Shown here one piece after another: positions 1-8,976 of a DNA stretch of 35,956 nt. Source of the stretch: a virus (Duplodnaviria > Caudoviricetes); the IMG/VR virus record IMGVR_UViG_3300042465_003730, positions 1-35,956 of that record. One strand, 5' to 3'. Each line of letters opens with the position of its first letter. Position 1 is the first letter of the stretch. The position numbers and the translations under genes were made by a program. The notes under the pieces are model-generated. The model saw only the letters and a program-made list of their open reading frames with translations. It searched no databases and had not been told where the DNA came from.

Positions 1-127
1 GAAAAATGGCTTGTGGGCGCCAGCCAGACCAGAAAGCTGGTCTGGGATCAACATCAAAAAGCGCGTTACGGCTGCGTGGATGGTGTTTACCGGAAAGGCG
101 GACGTGCTTGTGTGGGGTGAGCAATGA
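1..127. repeat. Terminal direct repeat, copy 1 (identical to 35830-35956); probably an assembler k-mer overlap marking a circular contig
   Basis: Exact 127-nt identity between the two window ends. 127 is a common maximum assembly k-mer, and the repeat cuts through an ORF. Confidence 0.95.
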
Positions 128-330
128 AAGCGTGGATTCATAACAAAATTAGAAATAACGAAGCGGCTACGATCAGCCTCGCACTACTAGAACAAGGATT
201 GCCCGATGAGGTTCCTTCGCTGCGATATGTGCAGCATTGGGTTGATGGCGTGTGCAAAGAGTTAGGGTGTACGGCCACGATTTATCCCGGAGGCGATGTT
301 GTTACTTTTTATCCTGTGGGTGAGCAATGA
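124..330 (+). CDS. Hypothetical mini-gene (68 aa), cassette array
   Basis: ATGA overlaps at both ends; GGGTGAG SD-like junction; ends in GEQ. Confidence 0.75.
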   Translation: MKAWIHNKIRNNEAATISLALLEQGLPDEVPSLRYVQHWVDGVCKELGCTATIYPGGDVVTFYPVGEQ

Positions 331-533
331 AACCAGCAGACATGATTGCAACGCTTGAAATGATCGGCTGGACCCGACAAGGCATTTCTAAATATCTCGG
401 TGTTGGCAAGCCTGCGGTCAGCCGGATGGCCACTGATCAATGCGCTAATCCGCGCTACAAAACGATGGACGCGCTGCGCGAATTGATCGCGTCACCGACG
501 CCGATTGATCGGAAAGCGAAGGGTGAGCAATGA
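327..533 (+). CDS. Cro/XRE-like helix-turn-helix protein
   Basis: WTRQGISKYLGVGKPAVSRMA...NPRYKTMDAL fits the Cro-like HTH pattern. Confidence 0.75.
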   Translation: MKPADMIATLEMIGWTRQGISKYLGVGKPAVSRMATDQCANPRYKTMDALRELIASPTPIDRKAKGEQ

Positions 534-715
534 AGGACTACGTCGCTGGCCAAGCTAATTGGCGCACGCCAGGCGATCAGACGCCACCCTTGGGCGTGAA
601 GATGCTATTGCTGAATCCTGCTGGTGTATGTGTTATTGGCACCTGGTCGGAGTGGGCGCTAGCCTGGGCGCCACTGCCCAAGCTTCCCGATCACATCAAG
701 GAGGTATTGAAGTGA
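530..715 (+). CDS. Hypothetical mini-gene, DUF551-like
   Basis: W...PP.GVKMLLL...G.W...WAPLP pattern; coupled start and stop. Confidence 0.65.
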   Translation: MKDYVAGQANWRTPGDQTPPLGVKMLLLNPAGVCVIGTWSEWALAWAPLPKLPDHIKEVLK

Positions 716-906
716 AAGACTTAACGATTGGCGATGTCATGGGCATCGCCAGAAACACAGGGTTTGATCCGCACGCAGAGAATCTTTTTATCTTTGCTGC
801 GCAGATCGAGTTTGTTGCAGGCGAAGCACGCTTAAACCATTGTATTGAGTTGCTGGAGAAAAACGGCTATGACGATGCGGCGGAACTATTGAAAGGACAG
901 GGATGA
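712..906 (+). CDS. Hypothetical mini-gene (64 aa, GTG start)
   Basis: SD AAGGAGG at 698-704; GTGA overlap with the upstream stop. Confidence 0.7.
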   Translation: MKDLTIGDVMGIARNTGFDPHAENLFIFAAQIEFVAGEARLNHCIELLEKNGYDDAAELLKGQG

Positions 907-1085
907 ACCTGAACGATATGGCGAGAAAAGCTTGGGTGAATGGTTTGCTCGAAAACTTTCCACGAGGCGAGTACGAAAAGCTGCAATGGGAAGTGCTTGA
1001 AGAGATGATGATCGAACTTGAGCGCCAAACGCGTGAACTGGTGCGGATTGCCGAGCTTGAGCGTAAGCGTTGGGGTAAGCAATGA
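903..1085 (+). CDS. Hypothetical helical mini-gene (60 aa)
   Basis: ATGA overlaps at both ends; ends in junction variant GGGTAAGCAATGA. Confidence 0.7.
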   Translation: MNLNDMARKAWVNGLLENFPRGEYEKLQWEVLEEMMIELERQTRELVRIAELERKRWGKQ

Positions 1086-2020
1086 GAACCGTAACGATTC
1101 TTGTTCCAGCCTTTAAGTCCAAGCACCTGTACACCACGCTTGCCAGCATTGACGCGCAGACTTACCCGAAAATTCAAGTGATCATTGGCAACCATTGCCC
1201 GGATGATGAAGAGCATCACATGATCAATGACATAGCGCAATGCTATGACTTTGAAGTCATTGACACGCATTTGATTTGTCCTGGCGATCAAGTGGCGCAT
1301 TACGCGTACCTTTGGAAGAAGGCCCAATCGGACCTGGTGCGGTTTGTGTATGACGATGATGTGATTTATCCATCATCAACGTCCTACCTGGTTGATTTGG
1401 CGGACCACCACCGCGATGCAACCATGTTTTGGCATCAGCGCCATTGGATCAACGACGAAGGGCGATTCCTTCGTGCGCCAGGCTTGATCAGTCAAGATGA
1501 ACTCATTAAGTCATCACGCGAAAACGTGCTGCGATTGATGGCAATGCACAAGAACTTCATAGGCGAGCCTTCGTTTGTGATGATGGATCGTTCCAAGTGC
1601 GCATTCACCATGACCTATTCGCCCCTTGGCGAGCTGGCACCAAGGCACTATTTGGGTGACGTGACCTGGTACTTGGAAGCCACGCGCCACGGGCCAGCGG
1701 TAGGCGGTGGGGCGCACCTGGGGGCGTTTCGCTTGCACGCTAACCAAGATTCCAACAAGGACAGCCCGCGCCACACATTAGGGATTGTCGATTGGGAAAT
1801 GTTCATGCGCTATGAATACTTTGGCGGCAACATCAACCGCGTAACCGCAGAGGATTGGGGGCGTACAATTTTGCAAACCTATTGGGCTGAGATGGAGCGC
1901 AGACCGCAGTTGCGTTTATTTCACTCGCGTTTGTCAGCAGATATGGCGTTCAACAAACTTGCCAGCATGAGCGGATTTCTTCAGGATTACCACGCGTTAC
2001 GCATGAATCTTGCGCATTGA
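1082..2020 (+). CDS. Glycosyltransferase family 2 (GT-A fold)
   Basis: VTILVPAF...TLASIDAQTYPKIQVII N-terminus, YDDD (DxD) motif, NFIGEPS motif. Confidence 0.85.
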   Translation: MRTVTILVPAFKSKHLYTTLASIDAQTYPKIQVIIGNHCPDDEEHHMINDIAQCYDFEVIDTHLICPGDQVAHYAYLWKKAQSDLVRFVYDDDVIYPSSTSYLVDLADHHRDATMFWHQRHWINDEGRFLRAPGLISQDELIKSSRENVLRLMAMHKNFIGEPSFVMMDRSKCAFTMTYSPLGELAPRHYLGDVTWYLEATRHGPAVGGGAHLGAFRLHANQDSNKDSPRHTLGIVDWEMFMRYEYFGGNINRVTAEDWGRTILQTYWAEMERRPQLRLFHSRLSADMAFNKLASMSGFLQDYHALRMNLAH

Positions 2021-2039
2021 TGCGTGAGTGTGCTAGTGT
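2010..2039 (+). promoter_or_regulatory. Candidate sigma70-type promoter for the virion operon
   Basis: TTGCGC (2010-2015), 18 nt, TAGTGT (2034-2039) with extended TGn; followed by a hairpin covering the next SD. Confidence 0.3.
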
Positions 2040-2063
2040 CTGCCCCCAAATAGGGGTGCTGAC

Positions 2064-2222
2064 ATGAAAGCAAAGCCAGTGTGGGATAAGGCGCGTCCAA
2101 AGTCATTGGGCAAAAGCGAACCGTTATCCAAGAAGCAAAAGGCCAGCGCTAAAGCCATGGCGAAATCCGCAGGCAGGCCATACCCTAATTTGATTGACAA
2201 TATGCGTGCGGCTAAGAAGTGA
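2064..2222 (+). CDS. Small Lys-rich basic protein (52 aa; not in ORF track)
   Basis: Translated by hand: MKAKPVWDKARPKSLGKSEPLSKKQKASAKAMAKSAGRPYPNLIDNMRAAKK; SD AGGGGTG; stop overlaps the next GTG. Confidence 0.8.
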   Translation: MKAKPVWDKARPKSLGKSEPLSKKQKASAKAMAKSAGRPYPNLIDNMRAAKK

Positions 2223-2551
2223 GCAAGCAAGTACGCGATTCAGCCGGTCACTTGTGGCCGCAAATTGTTGGCCGATTTGGCACGACAACGATGCTTACAA
2301 CGTCAGACGAAAGCCAGCAATCGCACGCCGCCGCAACCGGTGTAACGCTAATGCGTATTGCTAATGGTTCCGATGACGGCAAGCATTTGCACTTTACAGT
2401 TGGCACCGACCCAACGGCCACAACAAGTCACCCAATTGTTCCCGCTTATCAAGTGGCGTATGTTGCTGTTGCTCCGGGCGAAAAGGTTGCCATTATTTCA
2501 GGACACAACCACAACTTTCACGTCACCATCACGGACATCCTTGCATCATGA
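2219..2551 (+). CDS. Hypothetical beta-rich protein, possibly virion decoration
   Basis: Coupled ORF; Thr/His/Val-rich beta-strand pattern. Confidence 0.65.
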   Translation: MSKQVRDSAGHLWPQIVGRFGTTTMLTTSDESQQSHAAATGVTLMRIANGSDDGKHLHFTVGTDPTATTSHPIVPAYQVAYVAVAPGEKVAIISGHNHNFHVTITDILAS

Positions 2552-2709
2552 TGAAAAAGACCAAAGCGGAGAAGAAAATCTCCAAAGTTATGCGCGAATA
2601 CAAGGCGGGTAAGTTGCATTCCGGTAGCAAAAAAGGACCGGAAGTGACCAATCCAAAGCAGGCCATTGCCATTGCATTGTCTGAAGCCGGTAAGTCGAAG
2701 AAGAAATGA
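2548..2709 (+). CDS. Small basic protein, DUF6496-like (53 aa; not in ORF track)
   Basis: MMKKTKAEKKISKVMREYKAGKLHSGSKKGPEVTNPKQAIAIALSEAGKSKKK; KVM.EYK.G.LHSG...KQAIAIALSEA motif. Confidence 0.8.
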   Translation: MMKKTKAEKKISKVMREYKAGKLHSGSKKGPEVTNPKQAIAIALSEAGKSKKK

Positions 2710-3203
2710 TGGAATGCCCTATTGAAACCAAAGACCCGGTTGCGAACCTAAAAAATCGCAATTGGGCGTTTGCCAATGTGGGTTATGGGCCTGCTAATCC
2801 TGAGTTGCCTAACCGTGAATTCTGGAACGCCAAATCCGAAACATGGAACACTGACCTGGCGCAAGCCAAGTCCATGCGTTGCGGTAACTGCGCAGCATTC
2901 ATCCAAACACCTGAAATGATTGAGTGCATCACAGGTGGTATGGAGGGCGAAGAAAGCGACGAGGAAAACGGCGAATACGAAAACGGCGAAGAAGGCGAAA
3001 GCGAAGAGAACGAAGATTTAGAGATGGCGGTGCAAGACGCCGCCGATCTTGGTTATTGCGAACTATTCCACTTTAAGTGCGCAGCGGCGCGTACCTGTGA
3101 CGCCTGGTTGGTTGGCGGGCCTATTACATCGATGATGAACTCGCGCCGCCAGCGCGAAGCCGTTGCGTTTCAGCGCGTTAACTTTATGCGTGAGGAAGAT
3201 TGA
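2706..3203 (+). CDS. Cys-rich (HiPIP-like spacing) protein with acidic insert
   Basis: CGNCAAF...GYCELFHFKCAAARTCDAW; Glu-rich tract. Confidence 0.7.
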   Translation: MMECPIETKDPVANLKNRNWAFANVGYGPANPELPNREFWNAKSETWNTDLAQAKSMRCGNCAAFIQTPEMIECITGGMEGEESDEENGEYENGEEGESEENEDLEMAVQDAADLGYCELFHFKCAAARTCDAWLVGGPITSMMNSRRQREAVAFQRVNFMREED

Positions 3204-3499
3204 TGAAAACGCCAGCGTGGCAGCGTAAAGAGGGCCAAAGTCCAAGTGGTGGATTGAACGCCAAAGGCCGCGCATCCTATAAAGCAGAAACGGGCGGCAC
3301 GTTAAAAGCGCCTGTGAAGTCAGGCGACAATCCAAGACGCGCCAGTTTTCTTGCGAGAATGGGTAACATGCCCGGTCCAGAATACAAAAATGGCGAACCC
3401 ACGAGACTTTTGTTAAGCCTAAAGGCTTGGGGTGCATCAAGCAAAGCCGATGCACGAGCAAAAGCCAAAGCCATTAGCGCAAGAAATAAGGGTAAGTAA
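3200..3499 (+). CDS. Basic phage protein, DUF6321-like
   Basis: GGLNAKGRASY...RRASFLARM motif; Lys/Arg-rich. Confidence 0.75.
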   Translation: MMKTPAWQRKEGQSPSGGLNAKGRASYKAETGGTLKAPVKSGDNPRRASFLARMGNMPGPEYKNGEPTRLLLSLKAWGASSKADARAKAKAISARNKGK

Positions 3500-5644
3500 A
3501 TGGACGTTGAAATGAATCTTGCCACCGGCGTTAAGTCCGGTGAACCTATGGACGAAACAGAGATTCAGGCTATTGTTGCGGCTGAACTTGTTGATGCCAC
3601 CAATTTCATTGACTTAGAGATTGGCAACCTTCGCGCCCGCGCCACGGAATACTATTTTGGCGATCCATTTGGCGATGAAGAAGAGGGACGCAGCCAGGTT
3701 GTTTCGATGGACGTGCGCGATACTGTGCAGGCCATTTTGCCAAGCCTGATGCGCATTTTCTTCTCATCAGAGAACGTTGTTCAGTATGTACCGCGCAGCA
3801 TGGAAGATGCGCCTATGGCAGAGCAGGCCACGGATTATGTGCGCTATATCCTGAACGAAGACAACAATGGCTTTGTGCTGTTTCACTCCATATTCAAAGA
3901 CGCTTTGGTGCGCAAGACGGGCGTTTGCAAGTGGTGGGTTGACGAGCACATTGAAGTCAAAAACGAAAATTACACTGGTCTTGATGACACGCAACTGTCA
4001 CTGATTCTTGGTCAGGAAGGCGTTGAGATGGTGGACTTAATGTCCACCGAAGACCCGTCAGCGCCGCCACCGGTGATTGATCCGCTAACCGGCCAGCAAC
4101 TAACGCCAACGATCATGATCCATGACGTGACCGTTAGCCGAAAGATCATCACCAAACGTTTCCGCGTCGAAAGCCTGGCGCCTGAAGAGTTCATTGTTGA
4201 TCGTAGAGCGCGAACGCTTGAAGACGCAGACATTGTGGCGCACAGAAAGCTTGCCACCGTGTCTGAGTTGGTCGCCATGGGTTATGACCAAGAATTGGTT
4301 GAGTCCAACACGGGCGAAGACGAACTCGACACGAACATTGAGCGCATTGCGCGTAATCCTGCGCAAATGATGTTTGGCGAGTCCGCCAACAATCCAGCGC
4401 AACGCCGCGTGCTTTACACCGAATCGTATATCCGCATGGATATGGACGGTGATGGTGTGGCGGAACTGCGCAAGATTTGCACCATGGGACCGTCCTACAA
4501 GATCGTTGCCAACGATCCAGCGGATGATGTTCCCTTTGCTTATTTCTGTCCTGATCCTGAACCGCACACACTTTTTGGCATGTCCACGGCAGATGTAACC
4601 ATGGACATTCAGCGCATCAAGTCGGTGATCCTGCGCAATATGCTTGACTCATTGGCGCAATCCATTCATCCGCGCACAGGCGTGGTCGAAGGCCAGGTCA
4701 ATCTTGATGATGTGCTGAATAACGAAAACGGCGCCATCATCAGAATGCGTGCGCCTGGTATGGTGCAGCCGTTCACCACACCATTTGTTGGCGGGCAAGC
4801 CTTTCCGATGATGGAGTACATGGATCAGGTGAAAGAGGCCCGCACCGGCATGTCCAAAGCCTCAATGGGTCTTAACGCTGATGCACTGCAATCCACCACT
4901 AAGTTGGCGGTACAGGCTACGGTACAGGCCGCGCAGCAGCACATTGAGTTGATCGCTCGCGTGTTCAGCGAAATCGGTATGAAGCGGTTATTCAAAGGCT
5001 TACTGCGCCTGATTACGCGCCATCAGGACAAGCCACGCGTTATCCGTTTGCGTAACCAGTGGGTGCAAATTGACCCGCGTGGTTGGGATGCCTCGATGGA
5101 CGTTAGCGTCAACGTTGGCTTAGGCACTGGCGGTATTGACGAGAAGATTCAATTCTTGCAGGCCATTGCCGGTAAGCAAGAGCAGTTGCTTCAAACGCTT
5201 GGCACCAACAATCCCATTGTGACGGTTGGTCAGTACGCCAACACGTTATCAAAGCTTGTGGAAATGGCCGGTTACAAGGACTCGACGCAATTCTTCAATC
5301 AATTGCCGATGGACTTTTCACCACCACCGGCGCAGCCACAACCTGATCCAACGCAGGCTTTGGCGCAAGTTCAGATTCAATCGATTCAGGCTGATATTCA
5401 AAAGAAAGCCGCCGAACTTGCATTGGAGCGCGAGAAGATGATTCGCGCAGATGATCGTGAGCGTGATCGCATTGCGCAAGATGGCATCCTGAAACGTCAG
5501 GAAATGGAGTTAAAGTATCAAGTTGACTTAGCGGCAACGCAGGCAGAGATTGATGCCAGAGTTGCGATGGACCGTGAACGATTGCAGATGCAAGCAATCA
5601 ACCAGGCACAACAAGCCGTTACAGCGGCACAACCCATGCAATGA
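3500..5644 (+). CDS. Portal protein (P22-like, long C-terminal coiled coil)
   Basis: 714 aa; GRSQVVSMDVRDTV, FKDALVRKTG, DIQRIKSVILRNMLD motifs; located before scaffold and capsid. Confidence 0.9.
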   Translation: MDVEMNLATGVKSGEPMDETEIQAIVAAELVDATNFIDLEIGNLRARATEYYFGDPFGDEEEGRSQVVSMDVRDTVQAILPSLMRIFFSSENVVQYVPRSMEDAPMAEQATDYVRYILNEDNNGFVLFHSIFKDALVRKTGVCKWWVDEHIEVKNENYTGLDDTQLSLILGQEGVEMVDLMSTEDPSAPPPVIDPLTGQQLTPTIMIHDVTVSRKIITKRFRVESLAPEEFIVDRRARTLEDADIVAHRKLATVSELVAMGYDQELVESNTGEDELDTNIERIARNPAQMMFGESANNPAQRRVLYTESYIRMDMDGDGVAELRKICTMGPSYKIVANDPADDVPFAYFCPDPEPHTLFGMSTADVTMDIQRIKSVILRNMLDSLAQSIHPRTGVVEGQVNLDDVLNNENGAIIRMRAPGMVQPFTTPFVGGQAFPMMEYMDQVKEARTGMSKASMGLNADALQSTTKLAVQATVQAAQQHIELIARVFSEIGMKRLFKGLLRLITRHQDKPRVIRLRNQWVQIDPRGWDASMDVSVNVGLGTGGIDEKIQFLQAIAGKQEQLLQTLGTNNPIVTVGQYANTLSKLVEMAGYKDSTQFFNQLPMDFSPPPAQPQPDPTQALAQVQIQSIQADIQKKAAELALEREKMIRADDRERDRIAQDGILKRQEMELKYQVDLAATQAEIDARVAMDRERLQMQAINQAQQAVTAAQPMQ

Positions 5645-5901
5645 CACCTGACGAAAAAGTAAGACGAGCACATGAAGCCGAACGCATTTTGAATTCCACG
5701 CTTTACCAAGAGGCGTGGCAACGAATTAGAGAATCGTTGTTTGAAGAGTGGACCGCTTCGCAAGATGCTAAGAACCGCGAAATGATCTTTCATGACTTCA
5801 AAGCCATGGATCGCCTTCAAACCTATTTTGGAAGCGTGATAACTGACGGTACGTTGACCCGCATGGCGGCTGATCGCCAACGGAAACTGACCAAATCTTG
5901 A
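5641..5901 (+). CDS. Small helical protein following portal
   Basis: Coupled ORF in head module. Confidence 0.75.
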   Translation: MTPDEKVRRAHEAERILNSTLYQEAWQRIRESLFEEWTASQDAKNREMIFHDFKAMDRLQTYFGSVITDGTLTRMAADRQRKLTKS

Positions 5902-5914
5902 TGGAGCGCAATAA

Positions 5915-6931
5915 ATGAGTGACAATGTAGCAACCGTTGAAAGCGATAGCACAGCGGGCATGACGGTGGCGCAAGCCGCCAAAGCCTTTGAGGATATGTT
6001 TGCCGAACCCGGAGAACAAACAGAAGCCAAGGCGCAAACGGACGAGGCGCAAGCCGAATCCGATGATGTTGGCGATGCAGAGACAGGCGCGGAAGAGCAA
6101 GGCGAAGGGTCCGAAGACGTTGAAGCATCGAGCGAATCAGACGAAGACGCTCAAGAACCAGAGCAATCCAGCGAGCCACCAAAGTTCACCGTCAAGATTG
6201 ATGGCAAGGAACAAGAGGTTGAACTTAATGAGTTGATCAACGGTTACCAGCGAACGGCTGATTACACGCGCAAAACGCAAGCATTGGCTGAACAGCGCAA
6301 GGCCGCTGAAGCCGAGCTGAACGCGGTGCGCGAAGAGCGGCAGACTTACGCTCAATTGCTTACGGCGTTGCAACAGCAACTCCAACAGCAACAGGAAAAC
6401 CCGGTCGATATGGAGAGTCTATACAGAGACGATCCGATTGAGTGGGTGCGGCAAACCGAGTTGCAACGTCAGCGCAACGAGAAATTGGCGGCATCGCAAG
6501 CCGAACTCCAGCGTTTGAACCAGTTGCAGCAAGCTGAATCGCAACGAGCCATGAAAGCCAGGCTTGAGCAAGAGGCGCAACTTCTTGTGGAGGCCATTCC
6601 AGAATGGAAAAACGCTGACACGGCAAAGGCTGAAAAGGCCGCGTTGATTGAATTTGGATTGAAGGAAGGTTTTCAGGAAGACGATTTGAAGGGCGTGGCT
6701 GATCACCGCGTTGTCAAATTACTTCGTAAAGCAATGCTATACGACAAAATCGCGGCAAAACAGGCAACGATTAAGCCTAAACCGCCCGTTGTACAGCAAG
6801 CCAAAACCATTACGCCTGGTAATCCAAAAGCCGCCAAAGTTTCCACGAGTGAGTTAGTCCGCGCCAAACAGCGCCTTGCAAAAACCGGCAACGTTCGTGA
6901 CGCTGCCAAATTGTTTGAACATCTCATCTAA
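5915..6931 (+). CDS. Capsid scaffolding protein
   Basis: Acidic N-terminus, VKIDGKEQEV..ELINGYQRTADYTRKTQ motif, coiled coil, directly upstream of the capsid gene. Confidence 0.85.
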   Translation: MSDNVATVESDSTAGMTVAQAAKAFEDMFAEPGEQTEAKAQTDEAQAESDDVGDAETGAEEQGEGSEDVEASSESDEDAQEPEQSSEPPKFTVKIDGKEQEVELNELINGYQRTADYTRKTQALAEQRKAAEAELNAVREERQTYAQLLTALQQQLQQQQENPVDMESLYRDDPIEWVRQTELQRQRNEKLAASQAELQRLNQLQQAESQRAMKARLEQEAQLLVEAIPEWKNADTAKAEKAALIEFGLKEGFQEDDLKGVADHRVVKLLRKAMLYDKIAAKQATIKPKPPVVQQAKTITPGNPKAAKVSTSELVRAKQRLAKTGNVRDAAKLFEHLI

Positions 6932-6942
6932 AGGAAACCCAA

Positions 6943-7902
6943 ATGACTATCGCAACAAACACCTTCCTCACTTACTCTGCAAAGGGTATCCGTGAGGATT
7001 TGAGCAATCAGATTTACAACATCAGCCCGGAAACCACACCGTTCATGAACAACATTGGACGTGGCACAGCAAGCAATACGCTGTTCCAGTGGCAGACCGA
7101 TTCGTTGGCGGACAACACCACCGCGAACGCGCAACTGCAAGGTGATGACATCACTTCGTATGATGCTGTAACGGCAACCGTTCAACTAACCAATTACACC
7201 CAAATCTCCCGCAAAACGGTTGTGATCTCCGGTACGGTTGAAGCAGTCAACAAAGCAGGCCGCAAGTCGGAATTGGCCTATCAGTTGGCAAAGCGTGCGG
7301 CTGAACTGAAGCGCGACATGGAAACCATCATGCTGGCGAACCAGGCCGCAACCGCTGGTGACTCAACAACGGCTCAGAAAACCGGATCGTTGCTTGCGTT
7401 CATCAAGACCAACACCGACAAGGGTACGAACGGTGCTGATCCTTCTTACACCACGCTGCCTAACGATGACCGCAGCGATGGCGTAACTCGCGCATTCACT
7501 GAAACCATTCTCAAGAGTGTGCTTCAGAAAGTGTGGGAGCAGGGCGGCGATCCTTCGATTGTGATGACCGGTGCCAAAAACAAGCAAGTTGTTTCTGGCT
7601 TCAACGGCATCGCAACGCGCTATCGTGATGTGCCTGCTGGCAAGCAAGCGCAGATCATTGGCGCGGCTGATGTGTATGTTGGTGACTTTGGACAGGTCAA
7701 CATTGTTCCTAACCGTTTCCAGCGTGATCGTGACGCGTTTGTTTTGTCACCTGATTACGCTGGCGTGCATTTCCTTCGTCCGTTCCAGCAAGTCGAGCTT
7801 GCAACAACGGGTGATGCTGAAAAGCGCTTGCTCCTCGCTGAATATGGCCTTGCCATTTACAACGAGAAGGCGCACGGTTTGGCGGCTGACCTTTCGACCT
7901 AA
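6943..7902 (+). CDS. Major capsid protein (DUF5309/SU10-type, HK97 fold)
   Basis: GIREDLS..IYNISP.ETPF, NYTQISRK, ELKRDME motifs; strong terminator follows. Confidence 0.9.
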   Translation: MTIATNTFLTYSAKGIREDLSNQIYNISPETTPFMNNIGRGTASNTLFQWQTDSLADNTTANAQLQGDDITSYDAVTATVQLTNYTQISRKTVVISGTVEAVNKAGRKSELAYQLAKRAAELKRDMETIMLANQAATAGDSTTAQKTGSLLAFIKTNTDKGTNGADPSYTTLPNDDRSDGVTRAFTETILKSVLQKVWEQGGDPSIVMTGAKNKQVVSGFNGIATRYRDVPAGKQAQIIGAADVYVGDFGQVNIVPNRFQRDRDAFVLSPDYAGVHFLRPFQQVELATTGDAEKRLLLAEYGLAIYNEKAHGLAADLST

Positions 7903-7914
7903 CTAGCAACAAGG

Positions 7915-7941
7915 AACGGGGGCGGAAACGCTCCCGTTTTT
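7915..7941 (+). terminator. Rho-independent terminator after major capsid gene
   Basis: AACGGGGGCG-GAAA-CGCTCCCGTT stem-loop running into a T tract. Confidence 0.85.
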
Positions 7942-7943
7942 AC

Positions 7944-8264
7944 ATGGAATCAAAACTTTTCGAGCATGATCCACTTCTTGGCCTAACGCGCATTTGGCAT
8001 TACGACGAGGCCACAGACACAGCGGTGATTGAAACGATTCAAGATGCAACGCCCATTGTTGAAACCAACAAGGCAGAGTTCGCCGCCATCGACGAACGCG
8101 CCAGGTGGGACGGTGAAGGTCTTGGTTTACGAGTTGCATCCATCCCCATGAACATTTACATGGACTTGGTGAGCAAGGGCATCACGCGCACAGAAAAAGA
8201 TTTTAAGAAGTGGCTTAATGATCCCGATAACCGATTTTTCAGGACTCGACCAGGAAGGGTGTGA
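7944..8264 (+). CDS. Hypothetical head-module protein
   Basis: ORF after capsid; VASIP...FKKWLNDPDNRFFRT C-terminus. Confidence 0.8.
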   Translation: MESKLFEHDPLLGLTRIWHYDEATDTAVIETIQDATPIVETNKAEFAAIDERARWDGEGLGLRVASIPMNIYMDLVSKGITRTEKDFKKWLNDPDNRFFRTRPGRV

Positions 8265-8974
8265 TGGAAACCAAACGATTGATTAGTGTATGCGTCCCTG
8301 CGAGGGACGAAGTGCATTCAGACTTTGCATTTGATCTTGTCAATGCAGTGTCTTTTCACGTTGCGCATCATCCGCATGACGTGGTTAATGTGAACATCAG
8401 CAAGGGAACATTGCTTGTAAGCCAGCGTTCAGAATTGGTGATGACCGCCATGGAAAACAACGCTGACGTAGTGTTGTTTATTGATAGCGATATGCGCTTT
8501 CCGCAAGACACTATTAAGCAATTGCTTGACCGTGACTTGTTAGTGGTTGCCGCCAACTGCCCGCGCAGGCGAATGCCAGTTGGGCCAACGGCTGCGAACT
8601 ATGATCCAGAAACGCAGCGCAAGGTTCCTGTATATACAGGTGAGCACGACACGGGCGTTGAGCAAGTTGACGCGGTTGGAACTGGCGTCATGATGATTGA
8701 CACGAACGTGTTTCGCGCTATTGAGATGCCTTGGTTTGCTACGCCATGGGATGTGGCGGCTAAAGGCTACATGGGCGAAGACATCTATTTTTGCAAGTTA
8801 TTGCGCGACAATGAGATTCCGTTGTATATTGATCATGACCTGTCCAAGCACATTGGACACATTGGAACCTGGGAATACAAGCATGAGCACACCTGGGCAA
8901 TCCGTCCGCAAGAGGATGCTTATCGAGCATCTGTCGGTCTTAAAACCGAACTTCGCAAAAAGGACGCTGCCTAA
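8261..8974 (+). CDS. GT-A fold glycosyltransferase within the head module
   Basis: ISVCVPARD, LFIDSDM (DxD), VDAVGTGVMMI, GEDIYFC, HIGHIG motifs. Confidence 0.8.
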   Translation: MMETKRLISVCVPARDEVHSDFAFDLVNAVSFHVAHHPHDVVNVNISKGTLLVSQRSELVMTAMENNADVVLFIDSDMRFPQDTIKQLLDRDLLVVAANCPRRRMPVGPTAANYDPETQRKVPVYTGEHDTGVEQVDAVGTGVMMIDTNVFRAIEMPWFATPWDVAAKGYMGEDIYFCKLLRDNEIPLYIDHDLSKHIGHIGTWEYKHEHTWAIRPQEDAYRASVGLKTELRKKDAA

Positions 8975-8976
8975 TC

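Noticed and set aside
1-127. 127-bp terminal repeat as a biological direct terminal repeat
   Set aside because: Its length equals a standard assembly k-mer and it lies mid-ORF, away from the terS spacer, so it is most likely a circular-assembly artefact.
115-533. Regularly spaced 13-14 nt repeats as a CRISPR array or integron attC sites
   Set aside because: Repeats are too short and non-palindromic, the intervals are whole ORFs, and there is no cas operon or IntI.
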